This document shows, piece after piece, positions 6,786 through 10,854 of a stretch of 10,854 nucleotides of DNA (positions are counted from its first letter, which is position 1; each line of letters starts with the position of its first letter). A program made the translations under genes and the position numbers. The stretch spans positions 1 to 10,854 of the forward strand of contig CAYUKK010000176.1 of NCBI GenBank assembly GCA_964445305.1, read 5' to 3'. Source of the stretch: an uncultured Eubacteriales bacterium (GTDB taxonomy: Bacteria > Acidobacteriota > Aminicenantia > Aminicenantales > UBA8522). Below the pieces are notes generated by a model. That model did not search any database, was not told where the DNA came from, and was given only the letters and a program-made list of their open reading frames with translations.

Positions 6786-9131
6786 ATGATTTCAGAGAAA
6801 GCGAACCAAATCGGCACATCCCCCACCCTCAAGATTACGGCCAAGGCCAAGGCCATGAAGGCCGAGGGGATTGACATCATCGATTTGAGCGTCGGCGAAC
6901 CGGATTTCCCCACGCCCGAGAATGCAAAGGCGGCCGGGATTCGGGCCATCCAGCAGAATTTCACCAAGTATACGGAAAACGAAGGTATCCCGGCGCTCAA
7001 GAAAGCCATCATCGCCAGGATGAAGGAGGATTATGGCCTCGCCTATGAGATGAACGAGGTCATCGTCTCGACGGGCGCTAAAAGCTCGCTCTTCCTCCTC
7101 ATCCAGGCCCTGGTTAATGACGGGGAGGAAGTTATCATCCCCGCCCCCTACTGGGTGACTTACCCTCAGGCAGTCGTGCTGGCCAAAGGCAAGCCCGTTA
7201 TCATCCCGACCAAGGAGGAAAATGGCTTTCTTCTTACGCCCGAGGAGCTCAAGGCGGCCATTTCCCCGGCGACCAAAGCCCTCATCCTCAACAATCCCTC
7301 CAACCCAACCGGCGCTGCCTATTCCAGGGCTCAGCTCGAAGCTTTGGTTGATGTCATTCGCGGCGAGGACCTTTATGTTATCGCCGATGAAATCTACGCC
7401 AAGCTCATTTTCGATGGCTTCGAGTTTGTGAGCTTCCCCTCCCTCGGCGAGGACATCAAAGCCAAGACCATCCTTATCAGCGGCGTCTCCAAGTCCTACT
7501 CCATGACCGGCTGGCGGATAGGGTTTGCTCTGGGGCCGGCCGAAATCATCAACGCCATGGCTAAAATCCAGAGCCATTCAACCTCCAACCCTTGCTCCAT
7601 CTCCCAGCAAGCCAGCCTGGAAGCTCTGACCGGGCCGCAGCATGAGGTCGCCCGCATGGCCGCTGAATTCCAGCGCCGGCGCAACTACTGCCTGATGCGG
7701 CTCAACGCCATCCCCAATATCTCCTGTTTCAAGCCCCGGGGCGCTTTCTACCTCTTCCCCAATTTCTCGGCTTATTATGAAAAAGAGGCGGGCGGTGTTC
7801 TCATCCGGAATTCCTACGGCCTGGCCTACTACCTGCTCAAGGAAGCGAAAGTGGCCATCGTCCCGGGCGATTCTTTTGGCGCGGATAATTACATCCGTCT
7901 TTCCTACGCCACATCGATGGAGAACCTGGAGAAAGGGATGGACCGGATTATCGAGGCCGTCTCCAAGCTCAAGACGCCGAAGAAAATCAAGCGGGTCGCC
8001 CTCAACAACACCATCACTCGAGTGAAGAGAGCTGTGCCCGTTGACGCATCCCTGCCGACCAAGATGCGCGATGCTCTCGTCGCCGAGATGGAGGGACATC
8101 TTCCCGTCGAGAACTACTACGAATGGAACGCCAACATCGCGGGAATCGTCGTCCAGCTTCGAACGAATGTTGCGCACCTCTATGATTTCTGGGTCGAGAA
8201 CTGGTTTCCGGCCCAGCTCGAAGCGGATATCGAGCCCCACGGCATCATTTATGCTGTGGATGGAGTCGCCGGTCGGGAGCCGAGAGCTTTTTACAACTCC
8301 GAGACAAAGACAGGGGTCCTCGTCAACACGGATAACTACGGCCCGTTGCGGAGCCTCGCCCTTGGTCTGGTCATGGATGTCACGGAAAGGCTCTACGGCG
8401 CCTGCGCTATCCGCGGCATGGCCGCCGCTGTCGAGGACAACGGCCGAGGCCTTATCCTCGTCGGACCGCCTGGAACGCGGAAGACCGAGCTCTTCTTCGA
8501 GCTCCTCGAGGATAAGCGGTTCAAAATCCAGGCTAACGAAATCATTCTTGTCCGGGCCGCGGGCGGAAAGGCGCAAGCGGAATGCGTCGAGAGAAAGCTT
8601 TATATGCCGACGAATACGGTCGAGAACTTCTCGCGCCTGGCGCCTCTTTTTGACGCGAGCAAGTGCGAAAACGTTGTCATCCACAAGGACGGATGCCAGG
8701 ATGAGGCTTGCCTCAGGGGCGAAGATTGCCGCCTCGACCGGGGGTCTCCCTTCTGCTACAAGGCCTCCAAAGAAGCGCATGCCATGCTCGACCCCAACTG
8801 GATTGGGGGCAAAAGTGCCCACGCCAGACGGACGACCCTGAGCTGGATATTCTTTCTCCGCTATGACCCGTCATCGCCGGCTGCTGTCCGCCTGGAGAAG
8901 GAGGAAGCGCTGCGCATCCTTGAATCGGGCGAAGCGTTAGGTTTGAAGAAAGCCCTCTCTCCGGCCAAACCACAGCCTTACTACAACCCCCACCTTTTGG
9001 TGACGACGGAGGAACGGCTGGAGCTCCAGAAAGCGTTCTTCAGCCGATTGCTGGATATCGTCCCCTGCTATCTGTTCAACAGCGGCGTGGCCGGCGCCGA
9101 GACAATAAAGCAACTGACCGCGGGCGAATAG
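6786..9131 (+). CDS. Fusion protein of 781 aa. Residues ~1-400 are a class-I PLP-dependent aspartate (aspartate/prephenate) aminotransferase. Residues ~400-781 are a domain resembling the HPr kinase/phosphorylase C-terminal P-loop kinase fold.
   Basis: N-terminal half: NNPSNPTG, the SGVSKSYSMTGWRIG PLP-lysine motif (Lys236, nt 7491-7493) and a C-terminal IRLSYA.S region, all typical of the AspAT-Ib subgroup. C-terminal half: GRGLILVGPPGTRKTELFFELLEDKRFKIQANEIILV aligns in spacing to HprK [36 protein letters not shown]. A later EEALRILESGEA matches HprK EETLRILDTEI. The reading frame is continuous with no stop, and no RBS precedes the internal Met427, so a genuine fusion is favoured. RBS AAGGAGAGG precedes ATG 6786, which lies 30 bp after the flotillin stop. 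Confidence 0.8.
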   Translation: MISEKANQIGTSPTLKITAKAKAMKAEGIDIIDLSVGEPDFPTPENAKAAGIRAIQQNFTKYTENEGIPALKKAIIARMKEDYGLAYEMNEVIVSTGAKSSLFLLIQALVNDGEEVIIPAPYWVTYPQAVVLAKGKPVIIPTKEENGFLLTPEELKAAISPATKALILNNPSNPTGAAYSRAQLEALVDVIRGEDLYVIADEIYAKLIFDGFEFVSFPSLGEDIKAKTILISGVSKSYSMTGWRIGFALGPAEIINAMAKIQSHSTSNPCSISQQASLEALTGPQHEVARMAAEFQRRRNYCLMRLNAIPNISCFKPRGAFYLFPNFSAYYEKEAGGVLIRNSYGLAYYLLKEAKVAIVPGDSFGADNYIRLSYATSMENLEKGMDRIIEAVSKLKTPKKIKRVALNNTITRVKRAVPVDASLPTKMRDALVAEMEGHLPVENYYEWNANIAGIVVQLRTNVAHLYDFWVENWFPAQLEADIEPHGIIYAVDGVAGREPRAFYNSETKTGVLVNTDNYGPLRSLALGLVMDVTERLYGACAIRGMAAAVEDNGRGLILVGPPGTRKTELFFELLEDKRFKIQANEIILVRAAGGKAQAECVERKLYMPTNTVENFSRLAPLFDASKCENVVIHKDGCQDEACLRGEDCRLDRGSPFCYKASKEAHAMLDPNWIGGKSAHARRTTLSWIFFLRYDPSSPAAVRLEKEEALRILESGEALGLKKALSPAKPQPYYNPHLLVTTEERLELQKAFFSRLLDIVPCYLFNSGVAGAETIKQLTAGE

Positions 9132-9141
9132 GCTGAGCCTC

Positions 9142-9178
9142 GTCTTGCCAGCGGCAGCGACCCGATCTCTCTTTTTTC
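9142..9178 (+). terminator. Weak candidate intrinsic terminator after the fusion gene
   Basis: Imperfect GC hairpin (GUC-UUGCC-agc-GGCAG-c-GAC, 9142-9161) is followed about 10 nt later by CTCTCTTTTTTCT (9166-9178). The stem is bulged and the T-run is distal, so the call is weak. Confidence 0.2.
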
Positions 9179-9362
9179 TACCCCTTCATCGAGGTCATAG
9201 CAGACCTGGATCAAATTACGAACTTCAAAATCTTTTCTGACCACAAAATATACCTCTCTCCCTTGACTATTTTTCCAGAAAAATACTTCTCCTCCCTTCA
9301 GCCCTCTCCTTAACAGATCCAGGAAAACAAGATTTTCACATAGCCATTCTTTCAAAATAGTC

Positions 9363-9938
9363 CTAATTAGATTTATCCGAAAAGAGGCGGTTCTCGAGGG
9401 CTTCAGCCAGAAGGTGAAGGAGGAGAAGATGGACCTCCTGGACGCGAGGTGTGGAAGTCGAGGGAACATCGAGAAGATAATCGGATAGGGAGGCGAGCCT
9501 ACCACCGCCCTGGCCGGTCATGGCCACCGTCAGCATCCCTTTCTGGCGGGCCGCTTTGAGGCCCTCGACGATGTTGACTGAGGTCCCGCTTGTCGAAAGA
9601 GCGAGAGCAATATCCCCTTTGTCGCCGAGCGCCTCAATCTGCCGGCTGAAAACGTAATCATAAGACGAATCATTGGCCACAGAGGTAAGAGTCGACGTAT
9701 CAGTCGTCAGGGCGATCGCCCGCATGGGTTGTCTTATGCGGAGGAATTTGTTGACGAGTTCCGCGGCAAAGTGCTGGGCCTCAGCCGCGCTCCCGCCGTT
9801 GCCGAAAACGAGGATTTTCCGGCCCTCCCCAAGGGCCCTGGCGACGGCCTCGATCATGACCTCAAAGAGGTCACTCTTCTGCTCGAAAAAATTCTTGAGG
9901 ATAGCATGAATATCAACCTGAATGTATCCATATTTCAT
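9363..9938 (-). CDS. gmhA: Phosphoheptose isomerase (D-sedoheptulose-7-phosphate isomerase), SIS domain; LPS core heptose pathway
   Basis: 191 aa. [20 protein letters not shown] matches GmhA [47 protein letters not shown] matches [27 protein letters not shown]. The QEVHLLLLH region matches QEIHIKVIH. RBS AAGGAG lies 6 nt upstream of the ATG on the − strand. Confidence 0.9.
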   Translation of the reverse strand: [191 protein letters not shown]

Positions 9939-9974
9939 CGCCTGCTCCTTAGGTCTCGCTTATTTCCTTTGACC

Positions 9975-10003
9975 ATTATAACCTATTCCCACACATCCCG
10001 GAT
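9975..10003 (-). promoter_or_regulatory. Candidate gmhA promoter: perfect -10 TATAAT (− strand, + coordinates 9975-9980) with a poor -35
   Basis: The − strand reads GGTTATAATGG about 37 nt upstream of the gmhA ATG. No good TTGACA-like hexamer sits 16-18 bp upstream (ATCCGG/TGATCC). A hexamer match only. Confidence 0.3.
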
Positions 10004-10042
10004 CATTATTTCCTCTCGCTATCTCCACGGGAGTACTTCCAT

Positions 10043-10069
10043 GAAGAAAAGCTATGTCCTTTTTTCTTC
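10043..10069. other. 8-bp inverted repeat GAAGAAAA-(11 nt)-TTTTCTTC in the plsC-family/gmhA intergenic region
   Basis: Arms at 10043-10050 and 10062-10069, read directly. It is located between the acyltransferase stop (10168) and the gmhA promoter candidate. It could be an operator, or the terminator hairpin of the upstream − strand gene. No U-tract follows on the − strand. Confidence 0.3.
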
Positions 10070-10167
10070 GTGGCATTCCTCCTTCAAGAGGCAAATTTCA
10101 GGACTCTGAGCTTTCACCGTCAAAATGGATTCGGCTTTAAGGCCGTCCCGGCGAGTGCTTCCTTCGG

Positions 10168-10854
10168 TCAATTGCGAAGTCCTGATTCAATAGCGGCCTT
10201 GACTCTTTCGATCAACACCGACATGTTGCTCTGGTCATATCCCTCGACCGGAATGGGCGGATGGAAAAGCACATGGATGAGCCCCCGTCGTGTTGAAAAC
10301 CTTCCCCGCGGCATGAGTTCATACGTTCCCCTGATGGTGACGGGCACAATCGGCGTCCGGCTTTCCAGAGCGAGAAAAAAGCCGCCGCGCTTGAAAGCCT
10401 GGAGGCGGCCATCCCGGCTCCTCGTTCCCTCGGGAAAAATAAGGAAGGAATAGCGGCGGCGGCGCATGAGCTGGATGGCTTTGTCAATACTCCGCTTGCC
10501 CCCCCACATCTTCTTCCTGTCGACAGGAATGAAGCCGACGTATTTCATGCCCACGCCGATGATCGGAATCCGGAACACTTCTTTTTTGAGGATGACCCGG
10601 ATGGGTCGGGGGATGAGCCAGAAGAGCAGGGGTCCGTCGAGGAAGCTCAAATGGTTGGCCATGAAGACATAAGGAGCTCGGCGATCCAATCGCTCCCGGC
10701 CAGAGACCTCGACCTTGAGCCCGAGAATACGGCAACCGAGGCTCATCGCCCACTTGGCAATCCGGAGGAGAGGGTCGCGAACGCCGAACGGCCAGAAGAG
10801 GAGGAGCAAGAGGAAAAGAAATATCGTCAGGAGAGCATAGATGAGGAGGAGAAT
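10168..10854 (-). CDS. 1-acyl-sn-glycerol-3-phosphate acyltransferase (PlsC/LPLAT family). The 5' end lies outside the window.
   Basis: Two LPLAT-family acyltransferase motifs are present: FMANHLSFLDGPLL (H-x4-D block) and FPEGTRSRDG. The ORF track's TTG at 10809 is not a real start. Translating the − strand to the window edge continues without a stop through a hydrophobic segment (ILLLIYALLTIFLFLLLLFWPF), so the gene is truncated by the window. Confidence 0.75.
   Translation of the reverse strand: MLLLIYALLTIFLFLLLLLFWPFGVRDPLLRIAKWAMSLGCRILGLKVEVSGRERLDRRAPYVFMANHLSFLDGPLLFWLIPRPIRVILKKEVFRIPIIGVGMKYVGFIPVDRKKMWGGKRSIDKAIQLMRRRRYSFLIFPEGTRSRDGRLQAFKRGGFFLALESRTPIVPVTIRGTYELMPRGRFSTRRGLIHVLFHPPIPVEGYDQSNMSVLIERVKAAIESGLRN

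Noticed and set aside
7578-8822. 414-aa ORF on the − strand antisense to the C-terminal half of the fusion gene
   Set aside because: The composition is dominated by G/D/R/V/L with no recognisable motif. This is typical of a spurious antisense frame in a high-GC coding region. The + strand frame carries clear aminotransferase and P-loop motifs.
8041-8841. 266-aa + strand ORF in an alternative frame inside the fusion gene (S/R/T-rich)
   Set aside because: It has low-complexity composition and is entirely nested in a motif-supported frame. It is an alternative-frame artefact.
9068-9505. 145-aa − strand ORF spanning the convergent spacer and the 3' end of gmhA
   Set aside because: Its start lies inside gmhA in a different frame and the rest covers an AT-rich terminator region. 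There are no motifs.
1-10854. Searched for tRNA, rRNA, CRISPR arrays, IS/transposase or integrase remnants and obvious compositional islands
   Set aside because: No cloverleaf-compatible segments, no spaced direct repeats, and no transposase/integrase-like ORFs were seen. GC content is uniform apart from short AT-rich intergenic promoter patches.

Overview
High-GC (~60%) bacterial chromosomal segment dominated by Gram-negative outer-membrane (LPS / lipid A) biogenesis genes. On the + strand there is a tightly packed lpxK – lpxL-family acyltransferase – rph – UDP-glucuronate decarboxylase (UXS) block with gaps of 8–30 bp. An AT-rich intergenic region follows, carrying a promoter-like motif and an imperfect 48-bp tetranucleotide (GATR) repeat. 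Next comes a DPM1/ArnC-like GT2 glycosyltransferase, and then a flotillin (SPFH/band-7) gene with its own strong sigma70-like promoter. Only 30 bp after the flotillin gene lies a 781-aa ORF that fuses a complete class-I aspartate aminotransferase to a C-terminal domain. That C-terminal domain looks like the HPr-kinase C-terminal P-loop fold, with a degenerate Walker A (GPPGTRKTE) and a 5-Cys insert. Converging on this block from the − strand are gmhA (sedoheptulose-7-P isomerase, LPS heptose pathway) and a PlsC-family acyltransferase that runs off the window end. No rRNA, tRNA, CRISPR or mobile elements were recognised. Several long ORFs antisense to real genes are typical high-GC artefacts. 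The most unusual item is the flotillin + aminotransferase–HprK-like fusion pair. Second is the UXS + polyprenyl-phosphate-type GT2 pairing embedded in lipid A genes, which suggests an Arn-like pentose modification route. All calls are by eye from motifs; no database search was possible.
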